Made by a program: the position numbers and the translations under genes. The notes below the pieces were generated by a model that was not told the origin of the DNA, did not search any database, and saw only the letters and a program-made list of their open reading frames with translations. 46,959 nt of DNA from Desulfurellaceae bacterium (GTDB taxonomy: Bacteria > Campylobacterota_A > Desulfurellia > JAGGSF01), in assembly GCA_023128455.1 (NCBI GenBank), contig JAGMDW010000132.1, positions 1-46,959 on the forward strand, in the 5' to 3' direction. Below, in pieces: positions 31,477 through 42,048 of this stretch (its first letter is position 1; the number at the start of each line of letters is the position of its first letter).

Positions 31477-32768
31477 AAGAGATAGAAGAGGCAAAAGAGA
31501 TTTTATCTAACTTTAAGGAATTTGAAATATACGGGGAAGAAGAACAGGAGATAAGTTATGACTTAAAGGAAAACGAACTCAGCTTATTGAAGAAAAGAGA
31601 AAAGGGATTAGCCTTTAGAGTTATTGAAGGAGGACATAAAATAGATTTTTGCATAGCCTGTTTTCCTAACTGGCAAAATAAATTGAAGGACATAACTTAT
31701 AATCTAAAAAACTGGAGCGAGTTGGTAAAAAAAGAAGATATATCTTTGCCTGAAGCAAGATTTAGCTATAGGTCTAAAGAAAGAAGGGAACTAATAGACG
31801 AAAGTGCCTTACTTGATAAAGTAAGACATATAAAAGATACAGCTCAAACTATAGATAAAAGAGTAAGGGTAAAACAGGTAAGTTCTTCTATGGTGAAAAA
31901 ATGTATCTCTATTTGGAGCAATAAAGGCATAGATTGTACGGATGAACATGTTCTCTACGCCGCTTGTGGAATGGCTTTAGCCGTAGATAAAGATGCTCAG
32001 ATAGGCTTCTGTGCAAAAGATGGAAGCATATTTAATGCAATAGATGCAGAAGAAATCGGTAGAAAGATGGCATCTCGGGCTATAGAAAAATTGGGTGCAA
32101 AAACATTAGAAAAAGGTACATACAACATCGTTCTTTCATCACGAGTAATGAGACAATTTCTATCCTTCTTTTCTTCTGCCTTTGAAGGAGATTCAGTTTT
32201 AAAACACGCAACGATATTGGAGGATAGAATTGGAACCAAGATTGTTTCAGCCCTCATAAACATAATAGACGACGGAACGATGGAAAGTGGAGTGGGTACA
32301 TCCCTATGCGATTGCGAAGGCATTCCTACCAAAAAAACAAAATTAGTGGAAAATGGTATTTTAAAAAATTTTCTCCATAATTCATTTACCAGTAAGGAGT
32401 TAAATTATGAAAATACGGCTAATGCCTTTCGTGAAAATTATAGACAAACCCTAAAAATCACTCCCACGAACATCTATATAGAAAATGGAGCAGAAAAAAA
32501 CATACTTCTTTTAATGAACAACGGACTGTATATCACAGAGCTTTTGGGATTACATACTGCAAATCAAATAACAGGTGATTTTTCCGTAGGTATATCAGGT
32601 CAAAAAATAAAAAATGGGAGGAAATACGAACCATTTAGGGGAGCCACTATGGCAGGTAATATTCTTACACTTTTAAGCAAGGTTTTTGCCATTTCTGAAA
32701 GGATAGAATTTCTTTCCGCTGTAGGAGCACCAGATATAGGCATAGAAGATATGTCTGTTGGAGGATAA
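31473..32768 (+). CDS. TldE/PmbA family protein (non-catalytic subunit type)
   Basis: IIDDG, DCEG.PT, PTNIYI, GLHTAN.ITGDFS and AGN motifs; no HExxxH. Confidence 0.85.
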   Translation: MKEIEEAKEILSNFKEFEIYGEEEQEISYDLKENELSLLKKREKGLAFRVIEGGHKIDFCIACFPNWQNKLKDITYNLKNWSELVKKEDISLPEARFSYRSKERRELIDESALLDKVRHIKDTAQTIDKRVRVKQVSSSMVKKCISIWSNKGIDCTDEHVLYAACGMALAVDKDAQIGFCAKDGSIFNAIDAEEIGRKMASRAIEKLGAKTLEKGTYNIVLSSRVMRQFLSFFSSAFEGDSVLKHATILEDRIGTKIVSALINIIDDGTMESGVGTSLCDCEGIPTKKTKLVENGILKNFLHNSFTSKELNYENTANAFRENYRQTLKITPTNIYIENGAEKNILLLMNNGLYITELLGLHTANQITGDFSVGISGQKIKNGRKYEPFRGATMAGNILTLLSKVFAISERIEFLSAVGAPDIGIEDMSVGG

Positions 32769-34295
32769 ATGAAACCAGAGATTATCATTCTTGATTTTGG
32801 TTCTCAATATACTCAACTTATTGCGAGAAAAATGAGGGAAAAAGGTATTTACACAGAAATCTATCCATTTGATGTACAGACAGAAAAACTTAAATGTGCA
32901 AAGGGGATTATTCTTTCTGGAAGTCCTATGAGCGTGTGGGAAAAAGATGCGCCCATTCCCTCGTTGGATATTTTCAAACTACCTGCCCCCATTTTGGGTA
33001 TTTGTTATGGGATGCAGTTATTCGTCCATTTATTTGGAGGAAAGGTGTCAAGCAGCCTAAAAGGAGAATATGGCCCCAGTAACCTACATATAGAGAAAAA
33101 TGAGGAGATATTTGAGGGAATTGAGGACAAATCCTTAGTCTGGATGAGTCATGGTGATAAAATAGATAAGCTTCCGCCTCAATTTGTTCGTATCGCTCAC
33201 ACAGACAATTCACCCTTTGCTGCCATCAGAGATAAAGAAAAGAAAATATGGTTGCTGCAATTTCACCCTGAGGTCTATCACACTCAATACGGAGAAAAGA
33301 TGCTCGAAAATTTTGCTTATAGGGTATGTCATGTTTCCGGGGGATGGACGATAGAGCATTTCATATCTTCAAAAATAGAATATATAAGAGGAAAAGTAGG
33401 CAAAAGTAATGTTCTATGTGCACTCTCGGGCGGAGTAGATTCTTCTGTTTTAGTTTGTCTTTTACACAAAGCAGTTGGGAAAAATGTGATTCCTGTTTTT
33501 ATAAATAACGGTTTATTGAGAAAAAATGAAGAAACAGAAGTAAGGAATGCGCTCAAAAAAATGGGAATAGATATTCATTATGTGGATGCCTCTCGTTCTT
33601 TCTTACGGAGATTGAAGGGCATTGAAGATCCAGAAAAAAAGAGAATGATTATTGGAGAAGAATTCATCAATGTCTTCTATGAAGTAGCTAAAATGTATAA
33701 GAATGTGGGTTTTTTGGCACAGGGCACATTATATCCTGATGTAATTGAAAGCAGGCAGGTAAAAGGACCATCGGCAAGGATAAAAACGCATCATAATGTG
33801 GGTGGTTTGCCAAGCAACTTGAAATTCAAACTTGTAGAACCACTGAGAGAACTATTTAAAGATGAAGTGAGAAAGATAGGAAAGATTTTGGGACTGCCGG
33901 AAAACTATGTTAAAAGGCAACCTTTCCCAGGACCGGGTTTGGCGATAAGGATTATTGGAGAGGTAACAAAGGAAAAACTGGATATACTGAGAAATGGCGA
34001 TGATATTATCACCAGTGAGATAAGAAAAGCTGGATTTTATGATAGATTATGGCAGTCTTTTGCTATATTCTTACCTATATGTACGGTAGGAGTGATGGGT
34101 GATAAGAGAACATACGATTATACAATAGCCATAAGGGCGGTGGAGAGTAAAGACGGTATGACAGCTGATTGGGCAAAACTTCCCTATGAACTTTTGAGCA
34201 AAATATCCACTAGAATAATAAATGAGGTAACTGGCGTAAACAGAGTGGTCTATGATATATCCAGCAAACCGCCAGCAACAATAGAGTGGGAGTAA
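32769..34295 (+). CDS. guaA: GMP synthase (glutamine-hydrolysing)
   Basis: [26 protein letters not shown] and KPPATIEWE motifs. Confidence 0.98.
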   Translation: MKPEIIILDFGSQYTQLIARKMREKGIYTEIYPFDVQTEKLKCAKGIILSGSPMSVWEKDAPIPSLDIFKLPAPILGICYGMQLFVHLFGGKVSSSLKGEYGPSNLHIEKNEEIFEGIEDKSLVWMSHGDKIDKLPPQFVRIAHTDNSPFAAIRDKEKKIWLLQFHPEVYHTQYGEKMLENFAYRVCHVSGGWTIEHFISSKIEYIRGKVGKSNVLCALSGGVDSSVLVCLLHKAVGKNVIPVFINNGLLRKNEETEVRNALKKMGIDIHYVDASRSFLRRLKGIEDPEKKRMIIGEEFINVFYEVAKMYKNVGFLAQGTLYPDVIESRQVKGPSARIKTHHNVGGLPSNLKFKLVEPLRELFKDEVRKIGKILGLPENYVKRQPFPGPGLAIRIIGEVTKEKLDILRNGDDIITSEIRKAGFYDRLWQSFAIFLPICTVGVMGDKRTYDYTIAIRAVESKDGMTADWAKLPYELLSKISTRIINEVTGVNRVVYDISSKPPATIEWE

Positions 34296-34304
34296 GGAGA
34301 ATGA

Positions 34305-35252
34305 GTGGATAGGCGCATTACATTGAAAAATACATCCTATATAACTTTTTTATTAGATAAAAACGAAGAAAAACTGAAGGACATCAATAGAATATTTGGT
34401 GTTGATGCAATTTTTAGAGGAGGAGATGTAGTTATCTCTGGAAATGCAGATGGCGTAAAAAAAGCGTCTGTCTTTTTTCAGGATATAGATAAAATGATCA
34501 ACGAAGGACATTATCTCTCAAAAAAGGATTTTGAAAATGTTTTAAAGACTGTGGATGTTTCAAAAAATGCCAGAGTAGAAGCTATTTTCGCCACTGAAAC
34601 GCTGCACAACAAAGCAAAGAAGCTTATACCAAAAACTGTGGCTCAACACAATTGCATAGAGGCTATCAAGAACAATACAATAACAGTATGCATTGGGCCA
34701 GCAGGAACGGGAAAAACCTACTTAAGTGTGGCGATGGCCTTGTTTTACCTTTTAAAGAAAAAGGTAAAAAGGCTTATCCTTACCAGACCGGCTGTAGAAG
34801 CAGGAGAAAAATTGGGTTTTCTGCCTGGCGATATGTATGAAAAGGTACATCCGTATATGAGACCTTTATATGATGCATTATACGATATTTTGGACATAGA
34901 TAGAGTGAGTAGATTATTAAATCAAGGAAGAATTGAAATTATTCCGTTAGCATATATGAGAGGAAGAACATTAAATGATGCGTTTATCATTCTCGATGAG
35001 GCACAGAATACATCGCCCACTCAGATGAAGATGTTTTTAACGAGACTGGGATTTAATTCAAAAGCAGTAATTACGGGTGATGTTACACAGATAGATTTAC
35101 CCACTACAGAAGAATCGGGGCTTATAGATGTAAGGGAAACATTGGCTTTTGTTGAGGACTTGAAGATTGTTTATTTTACTAAGGATGATGTAGTAAGAAA
35201 TCCCATAGTAACAAAAATTATTGAGGCCTATGAAAGAAAAGAAGCAAGGTAA
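34305..35252 (+). CDS. phoH: PhoH-like ATPase (YbeZ)
   Basis: GPAGTGKT, RPAVEAGE, YMRGRT and DEAQN motifs; GTG start with SD AAGGAG. Confidence 0.95.
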   Translation: MDRRITLKNTSYITFLLDKNEEKLKDINRIFGVDAIFRGGDVVISGNADGVKKASVFFQDIDKMINEGHYLSKKDFENVLKTVDVSKNARVEAIFATETLHNKAKKLIPKTVAQHNCIEAIKNNTITVCIGPAGTGKTYLSVAMALFYLLKKKVKRLILTRPAVEAGEKLGFLPGDMYEKVHPYMRPLYDALYDILDIDRVSRLLNQGRIEIIPLAYMRGRTLNDAFIILDEAQNTSPTQMKMFLTRLGFNSKAVITGDVTQIDLPTTEESGLIDVRETLAFVEDLKIVYFTKDDVVRNPIVTKIIEAYERKEAR

Positions 35253-37476
35253 GGTAAGAAAAAAGATAAACAACTTTTTCAATATTATCTTAAAATATGT
35301 AACAAGCATATATGCTATGCTGGCCGTTATATTTGTGGTGACCAGCTTTCTGTTCTTCCCTTCCAGAGGTCTTATCTACAATTTACATGTAGGCGATGTT
35401 TCCCCACAAACGATTAGGGCAGAAGAAAATTTGCTTATTGAAGATAAGGCATCCACACAATTGCGTATAAATGAAGCAAAAAAAAATGTTACACTCATAT
35501 TTGATTTTAATCACTCCGTTTATTTGGAAGTAGTGCACAATGTAGAAAACTCATTTTCTATGGGCAGAAATGCTTTGCCAAAACTTACTACTAAACAAAA
35601 TAGAAAAAAATTTGAAACCACATTCTTTAAAACCATAGGTGTAGAAACTGATCATTCCATTTTTGAAAGATTGATTAGATTAAAATTCTCTCCTGAGATA
35701 GAGAGAGCAATAATCAATGCATGTATACAATTGAAAGATAAACCCATAGTATCTATGAAAAAAGGGGTTGGACTTATATCCGGGGTGATTACGGTAAAAG
35801 ATTTGCAGACAGGTGGACAGAAACAGACGAAAAGCTCCTCTATTGCAGATGTAGAAAAGGTAAAATTTGAAATCTATGAAAATATAATATCTTCAAAACA
35901 AAGCTACGCTCACCAGTTTTTGATATGGGACATCACAAAAAAGCTTATTCGTCCAAATTTGTTCTACAACAGTGCAGAGACCAAAAAAATGAAAGATGAA
36001 GCGGCAGCTAAAGTAGACAAAGCATTTATTCAGGTAAAAAAAGGACAGGTAATTGTTAGAGAAGGAAATATTATAACAGCTGCAGATTACGCAAAGCTCA
36101 CTGCAATGAACATGCTAAAGTATAAGCAAAATGTCATCTTTGATTATGCCAGAATCATTCTTCTTTTAGCTGCTTTCGGTTTCTCTTGTTATCTCATTAT
36201 GCAATATATGGGCAAAAAGTACCTAAAAAATGAGAATTATATAAAGTTGTTCTTAGCCACTTTTCTCTTAAATGTTGTAGTAGTCAAAGTTTACGAGTAT
36301 TTAGCCAGTAATATTTCATACACCAATGCGCTATTGTCCAAGATTTCTATTTTATATGCCACCCCTTTTGCGTGTGGAGCAGTGCTTGTAGCATTAACGA
36401 TAAGTTTTGAGTTTTCTTTAATATTTGCCTTTCTGCTCTCTGCCTGTGCTTTTCTCCTTCCTGACAAAACAGTTAATATGCAAATTGCCCTCTATGTCTT
36501 CTTGGGAAGTGCAGGTGGTTCTCTTTGTATTTCAAAACGCAAAGAACGAATAGGAATTATAAAAACAGGAATGAATATTTCACTAATAAGCACTGCATTA
36601 ATATTACTTTTTTCCATGCATGAAGGTTTCTTCTCTGCTCATACATTAATTTCCTGCGCCTTCGGCATTGTTTCCGGTATTACGGTTATTCTGATAGTTT
36701 CTGGTATTTTACCCATATACGAATGGCTTTTCGGTATCTCTACAAACATAAAACTGATGGAATTGGGAAATTTGAACCATACCTTATTGAGAGAATTAGC
36801 TTTAAAAGCCCCAGGCACATATCAGCACAGTATTGCTATGAGTAGTTTAGCAGAAGCGGCAGCTCAAGCGATAGACGCTGACTCCATTTTAGCTAAGGTT
36901 GGTGCTTACTATCATGATATAGGCAAAATGTCCAAACCCTTATACTTCGTAGAAAATCAGGTGGGTGGTGTAAATAAGCATGATAAACTTTCTCCTCCAA
37001 TGAGTGCATTGATACTTATAGATCATGTAAAAGAGGGAATACTTTTGGCGAATAAATACAGATTGGGCAGAAGAATAAAAGATATTATTCAACAGCATCA
37101 CGGAACGACACTCATTAAGTATTTTTATAGTAAAGCAAAAGAAAAGAAAATGGATGTAAAGGAAGAAGAATTTAGATACAAGGGACCGAAACCACAAACG
37201 AGAGAAGTAGGTATTATGATGATTGCCGATCAGGTAGAGGCAATCTCTCGCACATTAAGCGATCCCAGTATCTCACATATTAGACAATTAGTAAAAAAGA
37301 CAACCACCGATATCTTTTTGGATGGACAATTAGATGAATGTGAGTTAACACTTGCAGACCTCGATAAGATTTCCAATGCATTTGTAAAGGTATTAAGCGG
37401 CATGTTTCATTATCGCATAGATTATCCGGAGATAGAAAGTGAAAACGGAAGTACAACAAAGCAAGAGAAGAATTAG
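35230..37476 (+). CDS. 7TM-HD phosphohydrolase, PgpH-like (putative c-di-AMP phosphodiesterase)
   Basis: Extracytoplasmic 7TMR-HDED-like region, ~7 TM helices, APGTYQHS, YHDIGK, HHGT and AD motifs; phoH-X-ybeY synteny. Confidence 0.88.
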   Translation: MKEKKQGKVRKKINNFFNIILKYVTSIYAMLAVIFVVTSFLFFPSRGLIYNLHVGDVSPQTIRAEENLLIEDKASTQLRINEAKKNVTLIFDFNHSVYLEVVHNVENSFSMGRNALPKLTTKQNRKKFETTFFKTIGVETDHSIFERLIRLKFSPEIERAIINACIQLKDKPIVSMKKGVGLISGVITVKDLQTGGQKQTKSSSIADVEKVKFEIYENIISSKQSYAHQFLIWDITKKLIRPNLFYNSAETKKMKDEAAAKVDKAFIQVKKGQVIVREGNIITAADYAKLTAMNMLKYKQNVIFDYARIILLLAAFGFSCYLIMQYMGKKYLKNENYIKLFLATFLLNVVVVKVYEYLASNISYTNALLSKISILYATPFACGAVLVALTISFEFSLIFAFLLSACAFLLPDKTVNMQIALYVFLGSAGGSLCISKRKERIGIIKTGMNISLISTALILLFSMHEGFFSAHTLISCAFGIVSGITVILIVSGILPIYEWLFGISTNIKLMELGNLNHTLLRELALKAPGTYQHSIAMSSLAEAAAQAIDADSILAKVGAYYHDIGKMSKPLYFVENQVGGVNKHDKLSPPMSALILIDHVKEGILLANKYRLGRRIKDIIQQHHGTTLIKYFYSKAKEKKMDVKEEEFRYKGPKPQTREVGIMMIADQVEAISRTLSDPSISHIRQLVKKTTTDIFLDGQLDECELTLADLDKISNAFVKVLSGMFHYRIDYPEIESENGSTTKQEKN

Positions 37477-37876
37477 TAAAAAGTGGATAAAAAATATTAT
37501 GGGTTTTTTGGGCGAGCAGTTTGCATTGAAAGATGTAGAGGTAAGTATTCTTATAACAGATGATGAAAAAATGAAAATATTGAACAAAAAGTATAGAGGT
37601 ATAAATGAATCCACCGATGTTCTCTCTTTTTCACTGAGAGAAGGAGAAGATAATGTATTCTACAAATTATTAGGGGATATCGTGATCTCCTGGGACAGAG
37701 CAAAAAAGGATGCAAGAGAAATAAAAATACCATTAAAGGAAGAACTGGCCACTTTACTTATCCACGGTTTTTTGCATCTTATGGAGTATAAGGATGACAA
37801 CGAAGAAAATTTTTGTAAAATGAAAAAAAAACAGGAGGAACTCCTTCTTGTGTTAAAAGAGAAGAACTATGTTTAG
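37439..37876 (+). CDS. ybeY: Endoribonuclease YbeY (variant metal motif)
   Basis: LN..YRG, TDVLSF, LGDIVIS and HGFLHL motifs. Confidence 0.92.
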   Translation: MKTEVQQSKRRISKKWIKNIMGFLGEQFALKDVEVSILITDDEKMKILNKKYRGINESTDVLSFSLREGEDNVFYKLLGDIVISWDRAKKDAREIKIPLKEELATLLIHGFLHLMEYKDDNEENFCKMKKKQEELLLVLKEKNYV

Positions 37877-38603
37877 AGGCATAAGAGAAGACATTCACAC
37901 TGTATTTGAAAGAGACCCTGCGGCAAGAAATAGTTTTGAGATTTTTTTCTGCTATCCAGGGCTACATGCATTATGGGGACATCGGATTGCCCATTTTTTC
38001 TGGAAACATAAGCTGAGATTTATTGGAAGGTTTATTTCTCACATGAGCCGATTTTTCACGGGCATTGAAATTCATCCGGGAGCAAAAATAGGAAGAAGGT
38101 TTTTTATCGATCACGGAATGGGAGTAGTCATTGGCGAGACTACGGAAATTGGTGATGATGTAACACTCTATCAGGGAGTAACATTAGGCGGTGTAAGCCT
38201 AAAAAAGGTAAAGAGACATCCCACTCTAAAAAATAATGTGGTCGTGGGCGGAGGAGCAAAGGTCTTAGGTGCAATTACCATAGGGGAAAATAGTAGGGTA
38301 GGCTCAAGCAGTGTTGTAGTAGCTAATGTACCACCAAATTCCACTGTTGTAGGTATACCAGGAAGAGTAGTCAAGAAAAAGGAAAAGGTCGAAGGTGTAG
38401 ATTTAGAACACGCGAAAATTCCAGACATTGAAGGAAAGTTAATGCGCTACCTCCTGCATCGAGTGGAAAGAATAGAAAGAGAATTAAAGGCACTATCAAA
38501 AGGAGATAAAGAATCAATGGAAAAAGAAAGGCTAAAAGAAGCAGAAGAATTAAAAAAGATTGAGGAATATATTAAAAGCTTTGATATAAAAAGTTTAAAG
38601 TAA
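37869..38603 (+). CDS. cysE: Serine O-acetyltransferase
   Basis: RDPAAR, YPGLHA, IEIHPGA, FIDHG, KRHPT motifs and hexapeptide repeats. Confidence 0.96.
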   Translation: MFRGIREDIHTVFERDPAARNSFEIFFCYPGLHALWGHRIAHFFWKHKLRFIGRFISHMSRFFTGIEIHPGAKIGRRFFIDHGMGVVIGETTEIGDDVTLYQGVTLGGVSLKKVKRHPTLKNNVVVGGGAKVLGAITIGENSRVGSSSVVVANVPPNSTVVGIPGRVVKKKEKVEGVDLEHAKIPDIEGKLMRYLLHRVERIERELKALSKGDKESMEKERLKEAEELKKIEEYIKSFDIKSLK

Positions 38604-38604
38604 A

Positions 38605-39228
38605 ATGCAAATACAAATTTATATTTTAGCCATCGTTATATTGATTTTTTCTATTGTTGTGCATGAGGTTATGCACGGATATATAGCCTATAGGTTAGGA
38701 GATAACACTGCAAAATTCATGGGCAGGTTAACACTTAATCCTATTCCGCACATAGATTTATTAGGTACAATTATTATCCCCTTGCTTCTCATTGTTTCCA
38801 GATCTCCCATTCTGTTTGGATGGGCAAAACCTGTTCCTGTAAATTTTAACAATCTACATAATCCCAAGAGAGACTCCGTATATGTAGCGCTGGCAGGTCC
38901 TGCTTCAAATTTTGTGTTAGCTATTATATTTACCATTTTTTATCATCTATTCTCTTTTTTCCCGCTATTGGCTACGGTTTTCTGGTACGGCGTTTACATA
39001 AATTTGATTTTAGGTATATTTAATCTCATTCCTATCCCACCGTTGGATGGAGGAAGAATAGCGGTAGGTCTTCTGCCATGGAAGTATTCCTGCATGTTAG
39101 AGAGACTTGAACCGTTTGGTTTATATATAATTATTGTCTTATTATTTTTGGGATTCTTTAATTTTACCGTTTTCCCACTGGTGGAATATCTATCAAGGCT
39201 TCTTATAGGAGGTAGTTTTTATGGATAG
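38605..39228 (+). CDS. Site-2 (M50) intramembrane metalloprotease
   Basis: HEVMH, AGP.SN and NLIPIPPLDG motifs. Confidence 0.93.
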   Translation: MQIQIYILAIVILIFSIVVHEVMHGYIAYRLGDNTAKFMGRLTLNPIPHIDLLGTIIIPLLLIVSRSPILFGWAKPVPVNFNNLHNPKRDSVYVALAGPASNFVLAIIFTIFYHLFSFFPLLATVFWYGVYINLILGIFNLIPIPPLDGGRIAVGLLPWKYSCMLERLEPFGLYIIIVLLFLGFFNFTVFPLVEYLSRLLIGGSFYG

Positions 39229-40204
39229 AGTCTTAAGTGGAATGAGACCTACGGGGAATTTACACTTAGGCAACCTGTATGGTGCACTGAATAATTGGAT
39301 AAAACTACAAAATGAGAATTATCAAACATTCTATTTTGTTGCAGATTTTCATGCCCTAACTACAGATTTTGCTCATTCTACTCATTTAAAAGAAGAAACA
39401 ATGAATATGGCCATTGATTGGTTTTCATTTGGTCTAAACCCTGAAAAAAGTACGATATTTGTACAATCAAAGATAAAGGAACATGCAGAATTATTCACCA
39501 TCTTTTCAATGATCACACCTGTCTCCTGGTTGGAAAGAAACCCCTCCTACAAAGATGTCGTATCTCAAATAGGAGAGAAAGCTGCAGGCAACTTTGGCTT
39601 TTTAGGCTACCCCGTTTTGATGACTGCAGATATTACCATGTATAAGGCAAGATATGTACCGGTGGGTTTTGATCAGCTACCACATCTGGAATTGGCAAGA
39701 GAAATTGTAAGAAGATTTAATTACTTGACAAAAAAAGATGTGTTTTTAGAGCCGCAAGCACTTCTCTCCACCGCTCCCAAGATATTGGGTATAGACGGCA
39801 GAAAAATGAGTAAATCTTATGGCAATGCCATCTATTTGAGTGATAATGAGGAAGAAACAAGGAAAAAGATAAAGGTCATGTTCACAGATCCTCAGCGTTT
39901 GAGAAAAAACGATGCAGGAAGACCTGATATGTGCGGAGTATTCTATCTACATCAGATCTTTAGCGATAAGCAAAAGATAAAAGAAATAGAAGAAGGATGC
40001 AAGAATGCTTCAATAGGATGTGTAGATTGTAAGAATATACTCATAAAAAACATCAATGAAAAATTGAGACCCTACAGAGAAAAAAGAGTAATATGGGAAA
40101 AGAGAAAAGAAGACATTCTTTCTATATTCGAGGAAGGAGCAAGAAAAGCACGTCAAGAATCGGAAAAAACAATGGAGGAAGTAAGAGAAGCGGTTTTCGG
40201 ATGA
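39221..40204 (+). CDS. trpS: Tryptophanyl-tRNA synthetase
   Basis: SGMRPTG.LHLGN (HIGH), YPVLMTAD and KMSKS motifs. Confidence 0.97.
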   Translation: MDRVLSGMRPTGNLHLGNLYGALNNWIKLQNENYQTFYFVADFHALTTDFAHSTHLKEETMNMAIDWFSFGLNPEKSTIFVQSKIKEHAELFTIFSMITPVSWLERNPSYKDVVSQIGEKAAGNFGFLGYPVLMTADITMYKARYVPVGFDQLPHLELAREIVRRFNYLTKKDVFLEPQALLSTAPKILGIDGRKMSKSYGNAIYLSDNEEETRKKIKVMFTDPQRLRKNDAGRPDMCGVFYLHQIFSDKQKIKEIEEGCKNASIGCVDCKNILIKNINEKLRPYREKRVIWEKRKEDILSIFEEGARKARQESEKTMEEVREAVFG

Positions 40205-40207
40205 TTT

Positions 40208-41545
40208 CTACTTTAAAAAATTACGGTCAATATAGTTTGTATCGTAATCTTTATTCTTAAATCGGTTATTGCTTATTAGTTTTTTGAAGAATTGAATGTT
40301 TGTCTTTATTCCCTCTACAATAAATTCATCCAGTGCCCTTTTCATACGCTCAATTATTTCATTTCTCGTGTTACCTCTGACAATAAGTTTGGCAATAAGT
40401 GAATCATAATATGGGGTTACGGTGCACCCACTGTAGATGGCTGTATCCACGCGCACGCCAGGTCCACCAGGGATAAATAACTTTTCTATTTTCCCAGGAG
40501 AAGGAACAAATCTCTCGTCCTCAGCGTTTATTCTGCATTCCATACTATGAAATTTAAGACTCACATCTTCTTGACTTATATTTAATTTTTCACCAGCAGC
40601 AAGTTTAATTTGCTCTTTCATAATATCTATCCCCGTACATGTTTCTGTAACAGGATGCTCCACCTGAATACGGGTGTTCACTTCTATGAAGTAAAAGTTC
40701 TCCTGCTCGTCCAGCAAAAACTCTATGGTACCCACATTTTCATAGTTAAGAATTCTAACTATCTTAAGGGCTATATCTAAGATTTCTTTTCTCTTTTCTT
40801 CTGAAAGAAATGGCGATGGGGATTCTTCCAAGAGTTTCTGATGTCTTCTTTGTAATGTGCAATCTCTCTCAAATAAATGTATTGCATTGCCGAATTTGTC
40901 AGCAAGGATTTGCACCTCTACATGTTTTGGATGTTCGATAAACTTTTCCATGTATATATCAGCCTTGCCAAAAGACACTCTCGCTTCTTCATGCGCTGCG
41001 AGAAAGGCATTTTCTATATTCTCTTCTTCTCTTATAACTCTTAACCCTCTTCCGCCGCCGCCCCACACTGCCTTGAGCAAGACGGGATAACCTATCTTCT
41101 CGGCAATTTCTTTTGCCTCGCCTGCAGATTGCACAATACCATCACTACCTAAGATGGTAGGGATATTAGTCTTCTTCAGCTGTTTTTTCACTTCCAGCTT
41201 GTTAGACAAATGTTTCATTACGGGTATTGGAGGTCCAATAAATGTAACATCCAAGTCTCTACAAACCCCAGCAAAAGAGGGATTTTCTGATAAAAATCCA
41301 TATCCTGGATGAACAGCATCTGCATTTGTCTGCAAAACAGCCTCTGCTATAGCCACAATATTTAAGTAGCTTTTATCCGAACTCGAAGGACCAATACATA
41401 TCTTTTCATCGCTTATTTTTACAGGGATACTTTCTCTATCTTCATATGAGTAAACGACAACTGTCTTTATACCCAATTCCTTACAGGCTCTTATGACTCT
41501 CAGCGCTATCTCACCCCTATTAGCAACAAGGATTTTTTTAAACAT
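40208..41545 (-). CDS. accC: Acetyl-CoA carboxylase, biotin carboxylase subunit
   Basis: ANRGEIA, HPGYGFLSEN, GGGGRG, QRRHQK and NTRIQVEH motifs. Confidence 0.96.
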   Translation of the reverse strand: MFKKILVANRGEIALRVIRACKELGIKTVVVYSYEDRESIPVKISDEKICIGPSSSDKSYLNIVAIAEAVLQTNADAVHPGYGFLSENPSFAGVCRDLDVTFIGPPIPVMKHLSNKLEVKKQLKKTNIPTILGSDGIVQSAGEAKEIAEKIGYPVLLKAVWGGGGRGLRVIREEENIENAFLAAHEEARVSFGKADIYMEKFIEHPKHVEVQILADKFGNAIHLFERDCTLQRRHQKLLEESPSPFLSEEKRKEILDIALKIVRILNYENVGTIEFLLDEQENFYFIEVNTRIQVEHPVTETCTGIDIMKEQIKLAAGEKLNISQEDVSLKFHSMECRINAEDERFVPSPGKIEKLFIPGGPGVRVDTAIYSGCTVTPYYDSLIAKLIVRGNTRNEIIERMKRALDEFIVEGIKTNIQFFKKLISNNRFKNKDYDTNYIDRNFLK

Positions 41546-41973
41546 TAGGCTTTCTTGACTAAAAACAGTGTTGTTCCATATTCCACGCGCTGAGCATCTT
41601 TTACCATTACCTTCTTGATTATACAGGGAAATTCTGCCTCAATTTCATTCATTACCTTCATTGCCTCAACAATACACAGAACATCGCCTTTTTTTACATC
41701 CTGCCCCTGTTCTACATAGGGAGGTGCTCCGGGGGACGGTGAGCAATAAAATGTACCCACCATAGGCGATTTTATCTCTATTAGTTCCTTTTCTTTGCTT
41801 GGTTTTTTAATCTCTTCTTCTTTTTCAATAGCAGATTTTGATTGAACTGAGGATATTACCTGAAGCTGTTCCTTTTTCAATGAAATGTAAAAATCGTCAT
41901 CTCTATACTTAAACTCCGTCATTTCACTCTTTTGCATTAAAACTATAAGCTTTTTGATTAATTTAATATCCAT
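41545..41973 (-). CDS. accB: Biotin carboxyl carrier protein
   Basis: SPMVGTFY and EAMKVMNE biotinylation motif; SD GGAGG. Confidence 0.96.
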   Translation of the reverse strand: MDIKLIKKLIVLMQKSEMTEFKYRDDDFYISLKKEQLQVISSVQSKSAIEKEEEIKKPSKEKELIEIKSPMVGTFYCSPSPGAPPYVEQGQDVKKGDVLCIVEAMKVMNEIEAEFPCIIKKVMVKDAQRVEYGTTLFLVKKA

Positions 41974-42048
41974 AACACCTCCAATTTGTTAATAAATATC
42001 ACAAGATGTAATTTCTTTCAACGATTAAAATTCATAAATTTATAAGGG

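Noticed and set aside
41974..42048. Internal promoter or operator upstream of accB
   Set aside because: TTGAAA is present but the -10 at 17 bp (TATTTA) lacks the conserved last T; the ATAAATTTAT palindrome is expected in AT-rich DNA
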